Below the pieces are notes generated by a model, which was not told where the DNA came from, searched no databases, and was given only the letters and a program-made list of their open reading frames with translations. Of a DNA stretch of 64,000 nucleotides, positions 38,159 through 49,253 are shown one piece after another. The stretch lies in NCBI GenBank assembly GCA_964583985.1, contig CAZOYD010000001.1, positions 133,595 through 197,594 of the forward strand. Reading direction: 5' to 3'. This stretch comes from an uncultured archaeon (GTDB lineage Archaea > Asgardarchaeota > Lokiarchaeia > Sigyniarchaeales > SOKP01). Position 1 is the stretch's first letter. The number at the start of each line of letters is the position of its first letter. A program made the position numbers and the translations under genes.

Positions 38159-39172
38159 GTGATGATAAAATCTGAGTTGGAACTCCCTTCTGATGAATCA
38201 GAGCAATTAATAATCAAATCCCAAGATATTACAAACCCGGAATATGGTAAAATACCTGAAGAACGGAATATTAATGAATTACTTCAACAAGGTGTTATTA
38301 ATTTAGATAAACCTAGCGGTCCAACGAGTCATGAAGTAGTTTCATGGGTTCGTAAGATATTAGATATTCCTCTTGCTGGTCATGGTGGTACTCTTGATCC
38401 CAATGTAACAGGTATTTTACCATGTGCTCTTGGTAATGCTACCCGAGTTTTGTCGGCTCTTTTGTCTGCTGGGAAAGAATATATAGGTATCATGTACACG
38501 CATTCGCTGGAGAATCCAAAAAAAATAGAAAAAGCTTTCAAGTTATTCACTGGTAAGATCTACCAAACACCTCCACTTAAATCCGCAGTGGTACGAAGAT
38601 TGCGAATTCGAGAGATTTATTATAATGAGGTTTTAGAAATTAATAAACAGCACGTTCTTTTTCGTGTGGGGTGCGAAGCTGGCACTTATATTAGAAAACT
38701 ATGTTTTGATATAGGAGAAATTTTATGTACTGGTGGAAATATGTTAGAACTTAGAAGAACCCGAGTGGGTAATTTTCGTGAGGATAATACTTTAGTAACA
38801 CTCCAAAATCTGAAAGATGCTTGGGATATATATCAAGAAGAAGGCGATGAATATTATATTCGAAAAATCATTTTTCCAATGGAAGAAATGGTATCACATC
38901 TTCCTAAGATATATTTAAGAGATACGGCTGTTGATGCAATTTGTCATGGTGCAGATGTTGCCGCAGCAGGCATTTGTTATATTGATGCTCGGATTAAACC
39001 CAATATGCAAGTTGCTATAATGACACTAAAAAAAGAATTAATTGGATTTGGGACTCCCATTTTAAATGCCATGAAAATTTATAAAGCTAAATCTGGAATA
39101 ATGGTAAAAATTGATAAAATATTTATGAATAGAAAAATCTATCCTCATTGGAAAGGAAAGAAACCCGAATAA
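38159..39172 (+). CDS. cbf5: H/ACA pseudouridine synthase Cbf5
   Basis: NLDKPSGPTSHEV, GHGGTLDP and CEAGTYIR; PUA domain. Confidence 0.95.
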   Translation: MMIKSELELPSDESEQLIIKSQDITNPEYGKIPEERNINELLQQGVINLDKPSGPTSHEVVSWVRKILDIPLAGHGGTLDPNVTGILPCALGNATRVLSALLSAGKEYIGIMYTHSLENPKKIEKAFKLFTGKIYQTPPLKSAVVRRLRIREIYYNEVLEINKQHVLFRVGCEAGTYIRKLCFDIGEILCTGGNMLELRRTRVGNFREDNTLVTLQNLKDAWDIYQEEGDEYYIRKIIFPMEEMVSHLPKIYLRDTAVDAICHGADVAAAGICYIDARIKPNMQVAIMTLKKELIGFGTPILNAMKIYKAKSGIMVKIDKIFMNRKIYPHWKGKKPE

Positions 39173-39184
39173 TGTGATTATAAA

Positions 39185-39820
39185 ATGAGTGATGACCACC
39201 AAGATTACTCAACAGCCTTTCCAGATGTTTCTTTAAAAATTCATACCGTTTCTGTAAGTTTAAGAAGACATTTATACATGTTCAAAACGCTTACAGGTGT
39301 TTTTTCGTTTAAAAAATTAGATTTAGGAACCAAAGTATTAGTAGATCATATGATCATTCCCGATAAACCAAGTATATTATTAGATTTGGGATGTGGTTAT
39401 GGCGTCATTGGAATTGTTTTGGCGTATGAGTCCCCCTTAAGTTCCGTATATTTTATTGACATAAATAAACGTGCAACTTGGTGCACCCGGGAAAATTTGA
39501 GATTAAACTTATCAAATTCTAATGGAAAATATCGAATTTATACGGGGAATTATTTTAATCCCATAGAAAATGCTAAAATTATGTTCGATGCCATATATAT
39601 GAATCCCCCTTTACGAAAAGGTCGAAAAGAATTCTTAGATCTTTTTAAAAACTTAACTAATTACCTAAGACCAAATGGCTCTTTTCAATTCGTAATAAAG
39701 AAGAAAATGGGAGCCGAATATATACATAAATATTTAATTGATCGATTTTCCAAGGATTATTTAAAGATTTTATGCAAACGAAGTGGATATTGGGTATTTC
39801 ATTATAATCAAATTAAATAA
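39185..39820 (+). CDS. RsmC-like SAM-dependent methyltransferase
   Basis: GVFS..LDLGT, LDLGCGYG and NPP. Confidence 0.85.
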   Translation: MSDDHQDYSTAFPDVSLKIHTVSVSLRRHLYMFKTLTGVFSFKKLDLGTKVLVDHMIIPDKPSILLDLGCGYGVIGIVLAYESPLSSVYFIDINKRATWCTRENLRLNLSNSNGKYRIYTGNYFNPIENAKIMFDAIYMNPPLRKGRKEFLDLFKNLTNYLRPNGSFQFVIKKKMGAEYIHKYLIDRFSKDYLKILCKRSGYWVFHYNQIK

Positions 39821-39917
39821 TTAATGAAAGTGATTTTATTTTTTAATAATAACGTAAAATTTTTTAGAAATACAATATTTCTTCATCTAATACTTATGTG
39901 ACATATGAGGATTCCTT

Positions 39918-40175
39918 TTGACTAAGAAGAAAAAGATTGACGTATTGCTACATGAACTTGTTCCTAAACATTATCTTTTAACAAAGGAAGAAACTAAAGA
40001 ACTATTAGAGAAATTTAAAATTACAGTAACTGATTTACCCCAAATGTTTGAAAAAGACCCAGTTGCAATAGCAATCGGAGCAAAAGAAGGGGATGTAGTT
40101 AAAATCGTGAGACAGTCTCACACAACAGTGAAATCAATAGATTATTACCGTTTTGTAAAAAAAGAGAAAGTTTAA
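39918..40175 (+). CDS. rpoH: RNA polymerase subunit H (Rpo5)
   Basis: HELVPKH, DPVA..GAKEGDVVKIVR and YYRFV. Confidence 0.96.
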   Translation: MTKKKKIDVLLHELVPKHYLLTKEETKELLEKFKITVTDLPQMFEKDPVAIAIGAKEGDVVKIVRQSHTTVKSIDYYRFVKKEKV

Positions 40176-40214
40176 TTTCATTCTCATTATAAAAAATTAA
40201 TAAGGTAAATAGAT

Positions 40215-43200
40215 TTGAGTATTGAAAAATTATCTAACATTGATAAATGGGCAGTTTTAAAAAGTCTTTTCGATGAAAAGGGTTTAGTTCGACAACATCT
40301 TGATTCTTATAATAATTTCATCGAATATGAGATGCAAGCAATTGTAGATGAATCTAGCGAAGTCGTTCCAGATATCCCGGGATTTAAAATAAAATTTGGA
40401 AAGATAAACGTGGGTGTTCCAAAAGTTAGAGAAGCTGATGGAGCTACAATGGAAATAACTCCAATTGAAGCCCGTATCAGAGAATTAAGCTATGCCGCCG
40501 ATATAACTCTTGAAATGACTCCTATTACCATTGATGAAAGGACACAAAGAGAAGAATCAGAAGAAACACTGGATATTTATATTGGAAAAATTCCAATTAT
40601 GTTAAAAAGTTGTCGATGTCCACTTGAAAGCTTAACAGAACAAGAACTAATTAATCGGGGCGAGGACCCGCTTGATCCAGGAGGATATTTTATCATAAAC
40701 GGCACGGAACGAGTTCTAGTTACTCAAGAAGATTTAGCACCTAATAGAATTTTAGCAGAAGAAGCAAGTAGAAGTTCAAGTGCAACTCATCAAGCCAAGG
40801 TATTTTCAACTAGAAGCGGATTCCGAGCGCCTGTAACAATAGAAAGAAAAAAAGATGGAAATTTAAGAGTGTCTTTCCCTTCCGTTCCAGGAAAAATTCC
40901 ACTTGCCATTTTGATGAGAGCATTAGGATTGCATTCAGACCGAGAAATTTTCCAAGCTATATCTGAAAATGAAGAGATTCAGAAGGAATTAATTCCTGTA
41001 ATTGATGTTGCCTCTGAAATCCAAGTTTTAAAGGACCCCGAAAAATCTCAACAAAATGCTTTGGATTATATAGGAAAAAGAGTGGCCATAGGACAAACTA
41101 AGGATTACCGTATTAGAAGAGCACTTCAAGTTCTTGATAGATATTTATTACCTCACATTGGTAATGCTGAGGAAGATCGAATTAAAAAAGCTTATTATCT
41201 AGGACAAATGGCACAAAAAGTCATGGAACTTGCATTACTTCTTAGGGAACCAGATGATAAAGATCATTATGCCAACAAACGATTAAAACTAGCAGGAGAA
41301 TTGTTTACATCTTTATTTAGGGTTGCATTTCTAAATTTAGTAAAAGATATTAAATATCAGTTAGAGCGAACAGCAGTTCGAGGACGAGCCCCAAATATTA
41401 AAACCGCAGTTCGAGCAGATGTAATAACGGAACGTATCAGACATGCTTTAGCAACTGGCAATTGGGTCGGAGGAAAGGCAGGAGTTAGTCAATTATTGAA
41501 TCGAACAAATCATGTGGGAACACTAAGCCATTTAAGAAGAGTGATTTCACCGCTAAGTCGTAGTCAACCTCACTTTGAAGCTCGTGATTTACATCCAACT
41601 CAATGGGGAAAAATATGTCCAGCAGAAACTCCTGAGGGTCCTAATTGTGGATTAGTTAAAAACTTGGGTTTAGCTTCAATAATTTCGGTCGGAGCAGATG
41701 AAAGAATAATTGAAAATATCATCATCGATTTAGGAGTAATTCCAATTAATGAAGTGACACATGTTAAGGGAGATAAATCCAAAGTCTTCTTGAATGGAAA
41801 ACTTGTTGGAATTCATCAGCAATATAATCCATTTATACGCCAATTACGAGAAAAAAGAAGGAAAGGTGAAATAGGTCAACACGTTAATATAGGATTTTAT
41901 ATTGATTCAAAAGAAATCCAAATTAATTGCGATGCTGGAAGAGCGACTAGACCATTATTTGTATTAAAGAATAAAAAACTATTGATTACTGGAGAAGATA
42001 TTAATAAGTTAAAACAAGGCAAGTATGTGTGGTCAGATTTGATTCAAAAAGGGTTAATAGAATATTTAGATGCAGAAGAAGAAGAAAACGCCTATATAGC
42101 GATGTTTGAGGAGGATATTTCTAGTGAACATACTCATTTAGAAATTTCACCAGCAGCAATATTAGGTATTTGTGCTTCAATCATTCCCTTCCCTGAACAT
42201 AATCAATCACCAAGAAACACGTATGAAGCGGGAATGGTAAAACAAGCTTTAGGTCTGTTTGCAGCAAACATGCATTTGAGATTAGACACTCGTGGACATA
42301 CACTTCATTATCCTCAACAAGCACTAGTAAAAACAAGTCCAATGGAAATAATCGGGATTAATAAGCGTCCTTCGGGACAAAATTTCATCATAGCAATGAT
42401 GAGTTATGAGGGTTATAACATAGAGGATGCAATTATTATCAATAAAGCTTCAATTGAGAGAGGTTTGGCTAGAAGTCATTTCTTCCGAACTTATGATGCA
42501 GAAGAAAGAAAATATCCCGGTGGAGAAGTTGATAAATTTGAAATTCCAGAAAGAGGCGTAAGAGGTTTCAAATCTGCTGAATCTTATCGATTACTTTCAG
42601 AAGAGGATGGAATTATTGAGCCCGAAACAACTGTAAATGGTGGTGATGTGCTCATCGGTAGAACTTCTCCTCCAAGATTTATTAAATCATATGAAGAATT
42701 TGAACTGATGCAACCTAATCGACGTGAAACTTCAAAAAATATGAGACATAACGAGCAAGGAATAGTTGATACTGTAATTATTTCAGAAACTGTTGATGGA
42801 AATAAATTGGTTAAAATTAAAGTAAGAGATTTAAGAATACCCGAATTAGGAGATAAATTTTCATCACGTCATGGTCAAAAAGGCGTGCTTGGATTAGTTC
42901 AACCTCAAGAAGATATGCCATTTACCTCTAAAGGGGTTATTCCTGATATTATTGTCAATCCCCATGCCATGCCATCAAGAATGACATTAGGTCAACTTTT
43001 TGAAGGAATTAGTGGAAAGATCGCTTGTGCTACGGGAGAATTAGGAGATGCTACCGCTTTTGAGTGGAAAGACATTACTAAACTCCAAGAACAACTCGTC
43101 CAAGCGGGATTCGAATTTAATGGACGTGAAGTTATGTATAACGGAATTACAGGAGAAAGATATGAAGCAGGAATATATTGTACACCGATTTATTACCAGA

Positions 43201-43586
43201 AACTGTATCATTTGGTTGCTGATAAACTTCATGCTCGGGCACGTGGTCCAGTACAGATATTAACAAGACAACCAACTGAAGGACGAGCAAGAGAAGGTGG
43301 ATTAAGATTTGGAGAAATGGAGCGGGATTGTTTAGTAGGACATGGTTCTGCATTGTTATTAAAAGAACGATTGCTAGATGAATCTGATAGAACTGTAATA
43401 TTAGTCTGCGAAAAATGTGGATTGCTAGCGGTATATGATCGAAACCGAGATAAACGATATTGTCCGGTGTGTGGTGAAGGAACCATTATTTCTAAGGTTG
43501 TGTGTTCCTATGCATTTAAACTATTGTTACAAGAAATGATGTCATTAGGGTTAGCACCACGTTTAAAATTAAAAGAAAAAATTTAA
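40215..43586 (+). CDS. rpoB: RNA polymerase subunit B (Rpo2), unsplit
   Basis: GYFIINGTER, ETPEG, GDKFSSRHGQKG and GGLRFGEMERD. Confidence 0.98.
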   Translation: MSIEKLSNIDKWAVLKSLFDEKGLVRQHLDSYNNFIEYEMQAIVDESSEVVPDIPGFKIKFGKINVGVPKVREADGATMEITPIEARIRELSYAADITLEMTPITIDERTQREESEETLDIYIGKIPIMLKSCRCPLESLTEQELINRGEDPLDPGGYFIINGTERVLVTQEDLAPNRILAEEASRSSSATHQAKVFSTRSGFRAPVTIERKKDGNLRVSFPSVPGKIPLAILMRALGLHSDREIFQAISENEEIQKELIPVIDVASEIQVLKDPEKSQQNALDYIGKRVAIGQTKDYRIRRALQVLDRYLLPHIGNAEEDRIKKAYYLGQMAQKVMELALLLREPDDKDHYANKRLKLAGELFTSLFRVAFLNLVKDIKYQLERTAVRGRAPNIKTAVRADVITERIRHALATGNWVGGKAGVSQLLNRTNHVGTLSHLRRVISPLSRSQPHFEARDLHPTQWGKICPAETPEGPNCGLVKNLGLASIISVGADERIIENIIIDLGVIPINEVTHVKGDKSKVFLNGKLVGIHQQYNPFIRQLREKRRKGEIGQHVNIGFYIDSKEIQINCDAGRATRPLFVLKNKKLLITGEDINKLKQGKYVWSDLIQKGLIEYLDAEEEENAYIAMFEEDISSEHTHLEISPAAILGICASIIPFPEHNQSPRNTYEAGMVKQALGLFAANMHLRLDTRGHTLHYPQQALVKTSPMEIIGINKRPSGQNFIIAMMSYEGYNIEDAIIINKASIERGLARSHFFRTYDAEERKYPGGEVDKFEIPERGVRGFKSAESYRLLSEEDGIIEPETTVNGGDVLIGRTSPPRFIKSYEEFELMQPNRRETSKNMRHNEQGIVDTVIISETVDGNKLVKIKVRDLRIPELGDKFSSRHGQKGVLGLVQPQEDMPFTSKGVIPDIIVNPHAMPSRMTLGQLFEGISGKIACATGELGDATAFEWKDITKLQEQLVQAGFEFNGREVMYNGITGERYEAGIYCTPIYYQKLYHLVADKLHARARGPVQILTRQPTEGRAREGGLRFGEMERDCLVGHGSALLLKERLLDESDRTVILVCEKCGLLAVYDRNRDKRYCPVCGEGTIISKVVCSYAFKLLLQEMMSLGLAPRLKLKEKI

Positions 43587-43654
43587 TTTTATTAACTTTT
43601 GTTTTATTCGATTTCAATTTTCAAATATTTAATTCAATTATTTAAAAAAAAAAA

Positions 43655-44074
43655 TTAAAGTCCAAATCCAAGGAATGAATAGAGACCAGGTATCATAGTA
43701 TACAAGAGGAACAAGAAGAATAATATAGTTAGCGAAATCCATACAGCATGATCCCATGTTATATCCAAGAAAAATTTCACTAAGATTAAGATGATTAAGA
43801 ATCCAATAATAGGTGTCAATTGAGGTAAATAGTTTTGACCGCTAAAAGCAATTAATCCACCTATAACTGATAATACGCTATTTATTGCTCCTAAGACTAT
43901 TGGTAAAATTAAAACGCAAATAAATGCAAGAAGAATTATCAAGAATTTTTTGTCAGAAGCTTTTGTTTTGGATGTTATCAGTAGTGTCGCTATGTAAATG
44001 ATTAATGCTACAACTATAGTTGCAACTATCAACCATAAAACAAAAAAAAGTGTTTCTTCACCTTGAAATATCAT
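43655..44074 (-). CDS. Four-TM membrane protein
   Basis: 139-aa hydrophobic ORF. Confidence 0.7.
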   Translation of the reverse strand: MIFQGEETLFFVLWLIVATIVVALIIYIATLLITSKTKASDKKFLIILLAFICVLILPIVLGAINSVLSVIGGLIAFSGQNYLPQLTPIIGFLIILILVKFFLDITWDHAVWISLTILFFLFLLYTMIPGLYSFLGFGL

Positions 44075-44213
44075 AACTTTTCACAATTATGTAATTATTA
44101 AAAATTATATTTAAATTTAAGAGGAAATACGCAACTTCTCTTTTAAATATTGACCCTTTTTTTAAAATACAAATCAAGAGTTTTGGTTTGCTAAATAGAA
44201 GAAATTTAGTCGT

Positions 44214-44456
44214 TTATATTCCAATACTGATAAGAAAAAAGTGAGTAGCAAATCCAAGAAAGACAGAAGAAAATACAATTGATATTATAGTTAGCTTCAT
44301 TGATAATTCCCTTCCATATTTTGTGTAAATGATCAATACAACTATTAAAAAGATTCCTATCAGTAAAAGGATCCACGCTAAAGTCCATAATGTTAATGAT
44401 GGAATTTCAAACTCATTAATTTGCATTAAATTAAGAATCATTATGAATAAACTCAA
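44214..44456 (-). CDS. Small two-TM membrane protein
   Basis: Two hydrophobic helices flanking YTKYGRE; start uncertain. Confidence 0.55.
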   Translation of the reverse strand: MSLFIMILNLMQINEFEIPSLTLWTLAWILLLIGIFLIVVLIIYTKYGRELSMKLTIISIVFSSVFLGFATHFFLISIGI

Positions 44457-44686
44457 ATTATTATGATTAATGTAACTTAACGTTTTGTTTTTTTTTAAGT
44501 TTATTAATGTTTAAGTTTATTTAATCTAAAGAAGGGCTTTAAAAAATAATCATAATCGCTTCTATCAATTTAAATCATCTCATATTAAATGATATAGGTA
44601 TTAATAAGAATAAATGAATAAAGTTTAAAGCAATGTGCGCTTGTTAATTAATAATATTTGTATTTGAAATATAAAGAGACTGTCAA

Positions 44687-45469
44687 ATGCATTATTTGAG
44701 GAAACTAATAGATCAACCTAATTTAGAAGATCCAGCTCGACAGCAAATGGATATTCACAGACATTTCTATAGATATTCACGTGGGGATTTCCTCGGACCT
44801 GCATTAAAGATTAGAGCAACAAGTGGCAAAATTACCCTTAAAGGAACCCACGAATATGAAGATCTAATTTTAGAGTCAATATTAAATTCAATTGAAGATT
44901 CTGTTAACTTTTTTGAAATAAAAGGAACCCTAATTTCAGGAAGTGATATTAGTAGAGACCTTATTGAATTAGGATTTAATTGGAAGTTAAAAAAATCTAC
45001 TGGACAAACTAAAAATTATAAATCAGATATATTAGATAAAGTAACTAAAGAGCAGTTATTAGCAGGTTTACAATTCTTTCGTTCCAATAGTTATTTTCTC
45101 ATATCATTTAATATTAATCCTTCGTGTAAGATAACAACAAAAAAAAATATTCCTCAACCTTCAAAAAAAACCCCAGATGATGATGATATAAGTAAACGAA
45201 TTCAATTTTGCACAGGAAATCTAAAAAATACTAAGAAAAATTTAGATTTACTTATTGAGTCAGCACTCCCAGATTTAAAATCAGAAATACCAAATAATTG
45301 GAAGTCAATTTCAATTTCAAATAATTATAAAATAACTGAAATTGAAATGCCAAAAGATATAAAAGATTCTCGCTTATTGCGTATATTCGCAATCCGGAAG
45401 GGAAAAATGATACGTTTAATTGAGATTGACGATGAAGTATATGAAAAACAATATGAGATTACAGTTTAA
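44687..45469 (+). CDS. Hypothetical protein
   Basis: 260-aa ORF (HRHFYRYSRGDF.GP), co-oriented with tfe. Confidence 0.7.
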   Translation: MHYLRKLIDQPNLEDPARQQMDIHRHFYRYSRGDFLGPALKIRATSGKITLKGTHEYEDLILESILNSIEDSVNFFEIKGTLISGSDISRDLIELGFNWKLKKSTGQTKNYKSDILDKVTKEQLLAGLQFFRSNSYFLISFNINPSCKITTKKNIPQPSKKTPDDDDISKRIQFCTGNLKNTKKNLDLLIESALPDLKSEIPNNWKSISISNNYKITEIEMPKDIKDSRLLRIFAIRKGKMIRLIEIDDEVYEKQYEITV

Positions 45470-45542
45470 TCAAACACGAAAATTTAATTTTTAAGAAATA
45501 TTCGCTATAAGTGAAAAGATAGATAACGGTCAAAATGAAATA

Positions 45543-46133
45543 ATGCCTGAAAAAGAATTGAATCCTCTATTGAGATCATTCTTATATATCATTGGAGGAG
45601 ATGTAGCAATTGAAGTCGGTATTGAGCTCTTAAATTCTGAAAACAAAGATATTACTGATGAAGATATAACAGAAAACATCAAACAGAGATTAGAGGATGA
45701 AGGAAGTGATGTTGATTTTGAACCAGATGATACTGAAATCTTGAAATTGAATACAGTTAGGAAAACCTTATACAAACTGTATAGTGAAAAGTTAGCTCAA
45801 TTCAGAAGAATTCGCGATAAATCAACAGGTTGGTTTATTTATTATTGGTGGCATGAGTTTGAGAGGATTGAAGAAATTTTAAGTGAAAAAAAAAAACTAA
45901 ACGAAAGAAAATTACGAGAACGGCTCCAATATGAAAAAGATAATTATTTTTTTACTTGTTATAATTGTAATGATCAAAATATAAAATATATTTTTGAAGA
46001 GGCATTTGAATTTAATTTTAGGTGTCCTGAATGTGGTGGCCCTTTAGAAGCACAAAACAACCAAGAAATTATCCAATTCTTAAAGGAGAAAATTGCCCTA
46101 ATTCAAAAAATAAATCTAACCAAGGATATTTAA
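45543..46133 (+). CDS. tfe: Transcription factor E alpha
   Basis: LNTVRKTLYKLY, TGWFIYYW and CYNC...FRCPECG. Confidence 0.93.
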   Translation: MPEKELNPLLRSFLYIIGGDVAIEVGIELLNSENKDITDEDITENIKQRLEDEGSDVDFEPDDTEILKLNTVRKTLYKLYSEKLAQFRRIRDKSTGWFIYYWWHEFERIEEILSEKKKLNERKLRERLQYEKDNYFFTCYNCNDQNIKYIFEEAFEFNFRCPECGGPLEAQNNQEIIQFLKEKIALIQKINLTKDI

Positions 46134-46139
46134 TATAAA

Positions 46140-46673
46140 TTATTTTTTCTTTCTTACAAATGCAATATCTCCTAAAGATGTTCCTGAGGATTTTTTCAAG
46201 TATTTATCTACTTGAGCAGATGTATCTATAGTTTCTGATGTAGTGATTAATTTAATTCCATAAATCTTTTCCATTTTTTTGGCTAATTTTATTGATGGTT
46301 TTGTTTTCCCGGTTTCGATCCTTTTTAGCAAAGATGGTTTTTCATTCAATTTTTGTGCAAATTGATCTTGATTCAGTCCTAATGATAGTCTGACTTTACG
46401 TATTTTAATATTGTAATCTTCAACAATTTCAAGTTCATTTTGAGGTTCAATTCGAGATTTTAAAGATTTTGCAGTAGATGTTTTTTTAGATGATTCTACC
46501 TTTCGTGGGGGTATATTAGGTGCTTTATTTATTATCCTTTTTCCGTGTTGGGCACAATTTTGACAAACTATTATTTTTGCGCCTTCGATTATTACTTTTA
46601 CACCTCTGCCCCATATTATACCATCACATATTTCACATCTGTGTTCTGTGTCATTATTTCTTTTGCTGCTCAT
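46140..46673 (-). CDS. Archaeal multiprotein bridging factor MBF1
   Basis: CEICD...VCQNC Zn ribbon, HTH and SLGD tail. Confidence 0.92.
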   Translation of the reverse strand: MSSKRNNDTEHRCEICDGIIWGRGVKVIIEGAKIIVCQNCAQHGKRIINKAPNIPPRKVESSKKTSTAKSLKSRIEPQNELEIVEDYNIKIRKVRLSLGLNQDQFAQKLNEKPSLLKRIETGKTKPSIKLAKKMEKIYGIKLITTSETIDTSAQVDKYLKKSSGTSLGDIAFVRKKK

Positions 46674-46907
46674 TTAATTACCTCATATTCAAAACGATTA
46701 AAGAATGAGAATATAATTATTAATTCACTTCAAGAACACTTATATTTTTCGGTTTTAAAGCAAAGTTCATTATAAAATATAACCTATATATTTTTTAGAT
46801 ATCTCGTTTTTCTGATATTTAGAGAAGACCTTAAATTTAAATGAATAGAAGATTATTATTAAAATAGTTTTAATTAAAATACACAACATGATAGGGGTTA
46901 CTATTTT

Positions 46908-48116
46908 ATGACTGTTACTAAAGATAAAAAGAAAAGAGAGGAGACTAAGGATGGAGAATATCTAATAACTTATACTAGGCATTTGGAAAAAAGACTTCGT
47001 AATTTAGAAACGGAAAAACAGTTATTAGATGCAGAACGTATGAGATTAGAACAAGAATTAAATGGTTTAAGGAACGAAATTGATAGATTAAGAGAACCTC
47101 CGCTAGTTTCTGCTACCATTATTGATTTACTTGATGAAAATGGTAAGGTTATAGTTAAAAGTTCTACGGGGCCCAGTTTTGTTGTAAATGCGAGTCGAAA
47201 AGTCAAAAATGAAAAATTAACTCCTGGAATGAGAGTTGCTCTAAATCAAAGAACTTTCGCAATCATGGAAATTTTACCTTTAAAATTAGATCCTTTTGTT
47301 AAGGGTATGGAAGTTATCGATTCTATTCCTGATTTATCCTATGAAGATATTGGGGGGCTGGCAGATCAACTTCAAGAAGTTAGGGAGACTGTTGAATTAC
47401 CATTAAAGCGACCTGATTTATTTGAGAAAGTTGGAATTGAACCGCCTAAGGGTGTATTATTATATGGTCCCCCAGGCACGGGTAAAACTTTAGTTGCAAA
47501 AGCAATAGCCCATGAAACTGAAGCAACGTTTATTCGAATTATCGGGTCTGAATTGGTTCAAAAATTTATTGGGGAAGGTGCACGATTAGTTAGAGAAATA
47601 TTTAATATGGCTAAAGAAAAAGCCCCAACGATTCTTTTCATAGATGAATTAGATGCAATTGGGTCTCAACGTTTAAAGATAGCAACATCAGGAGATCGTG
47701 AAGTTCAACGGACGCTAATGCAATTATTAAGCGAGTTAGATGGTTTTGAACAACGAGGGGATGTAAAAATTATTGGTGCTACGAATAGAGTAGATATTTT
47801 AGATCCCGCTTTATTAAGACCTGGTAGATTTGATCGGATGATTGATTTTCCAATACCAGATGATGAGGCACGTTATTCAATTTTTAAAATTCACACTAGA
47901 ACTCTCAATATAAATGAAAATATTAACATTAAAAAACTCGTAGATTTAACAGAGGGTGCTACTGGTGCTGATATTAAAGCAATGTGCACAGAAGCTGGAA
48001 TGTTTGCAATTAGAAAGGAATCTGATGCAATTTATGAGGTTGATTTCTTAGATGCGGTTGAAAAAGTGATGAATAAAGTAAAGGATAAGGGAACTGAATC
48101 CAGATTATATTCATGA
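46908..48116 (+). CDS. pan: Proteasome-activating nucleotidase
   Basis: Coiled coil, VKSSTGP, GPPGTGKT, KFIGEG and RPGRFDR; C-terminal LYS HbYX motif. Confidence 0.96.
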   Translation: MTVTKDKKKREETKDGEYLITYTRHLEKRLRNLETEKQLLDAERMRLEQELNGLRNEIDRLREPPLVSATIIDLLDENGKVIVKSSTGPSFVVNASRKVKNEKLTPGMRVALNQRTFAIMEILPLKLDPFVKGMEVIDSIPDLSYEDIGGLADQLQEVRETVELPLKRPDLFEKVGIEPPKGVLLYGPPGTGKTLVAKAIAHETEATFIRIIGSELVQKFIGEGARLVREIFNMAKEKAPTILFIDELDAIGSQRLKIATSGDREVQRTLMQLLSELDGFEQRGDVKIIGATNRVDILDPALLRPGRFDRMIDFPIPDDEARYSIFKIHTRTLNINENINIKKLVDLTEGATGADIKAMCTEAGMFAIRKESDAIYEVDFLDAVEKVMNKVKDKGTESRLYS

Positions 48117-48173
48117 TCATTACCTAAATGGCAAAAAACTTATTTTATCTTTAAACTTTTTAATTATTGAAAT

Positions 48174-48665
48174 ATGAAAACTAATTCTTCTTTTCTTATG
48201 TTAAGGAAAATAAGAGCTATTTCAGACTATCAATTTGGACCAACAATAACAGATGTTCTTTTTGATAATGTAAATGAAATGCATTTTATTTTTTCCAAGA
48301 ACACTAGTAAATTGAAACATATCTATGAAAAAAATGAAATTTTACTAAATTTTCGTCCTAAAATCGGTTTATTTACATTATCACTCCATTCGGCATCAAA
48401 ATTAATTCTTAAATTACCCGTTCCTATTATGAGAGCTATAGTTTTAAGTGATATTTCAGAATTCATCCGGAAAGGTCGAAACGTCTTCTGTAGACACGTG
48501 CTAGAAATTGATTTCAAATTACGACCCTTAGATGAGGTTATTGTAGTGAATCAAGAAGATGAGGTTCTTGCCATAGGTAGGCTTTCGATACCAATTCCAT
48601 ATATTAAAACATTTAACACCGGTATTGCAATCAATGTTCGAAGAGGCAATAAATCAAAAATATAA
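48174..48665 (+). CDS. PUA-domain protein (resembles the C-terminus of archaeosine TGT)
   Basis: ISDYQFG, KGRNVF and RPLDEVIVVN..LAIGR. Confidence 0.8.
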   Translation: MKTNSSFLMLRKIRAISDYQFGPTITDVLFDNVNEMHFIFSKNTSKLKHIYEKNEILLNFRPKIGLFTLSLHSASKLILKLPVPIMRAIVLSDISEFIRKGRNVFCRHVLEIDFKLRPLDEVIVVNQEDEVLAIGRLSIPIPYIKTFNTGIAINVRRGNKSKI

Positions 48666-48717
48666 AGATCAATTAATTATATCAAATAATAAATTTTCAA
48701 ATTATATTGTGATTATA

Positions 48718-49191
48718 ATGGTTAAATTGCCAAAAGACTTGCAAAATAAGGAAAAAAATAAACCAAAACGGCCACAAGCAGTTAAACAAAGGGAAAGCTC
48801 ACAAACAGGGTCCCGACAGATGCGTAGACGGATGCAACAACAAGGAATTGATATGGATCAAATTGACGCAACACGGGTGATTATTGAAGGCTCTGAAAAA
48901 ACACTCATTATTGATCAACCAGAAGTGATCCTAATGAAACAAATGGGACAAGAGATTTACCAAGTAATTGGGGATGCTCACGAAGTTCCTCAAGGAGAAG
49001 AAATAATTATTGAATCAGATCAAGTAGAAGAATCATTTAACCCTGAAGAAGGGAAGATAAGAATAACTGAAAATGATGTGATGTTAGTAGCATCTCAAGC
49101 AAATGTTGATAGCGAAGAAGCACGCGCAGTTCTAAATGATTGTGAAGGTGACATTGCAAAAGCTATTTTATTTTTGAAAAATCGACCATAA
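48718..49191 (+). CDS. nac: Nascent polypeptide-associated complex protein (start placed at ATG 48718)
   Basis: RQMRRRMQQQGID and YQVIG; UBA-like GDIAKAI. Confidence 0.9.
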   Translation: MVKLPKDLQNKEKNKPKRPQAVKQRESSQTGSRQMRRRMQQQGIDMDQIDATRVIIEGSEKTLIIDQPEVILMKQMGQEIYQVIGDAHEVPQGEEIIIESDQVEESFNPEEGKIRITENDVMLVASQANVDSEEARAVLNDCEGDIAKAILFLKNRP

Positions 49192-49253
49192 TGAAATAAA
49201 AAAATAAATGTTAAGAATTAAGCACAATTAAAAATATCATTGACTTACACGAT

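Noticed and set aside
48625-48717. N-terminal extension of NAC given in the ORF track
   Set aside because: It overlaps the PUA gene; the ATG at 48718 is the more plausible start
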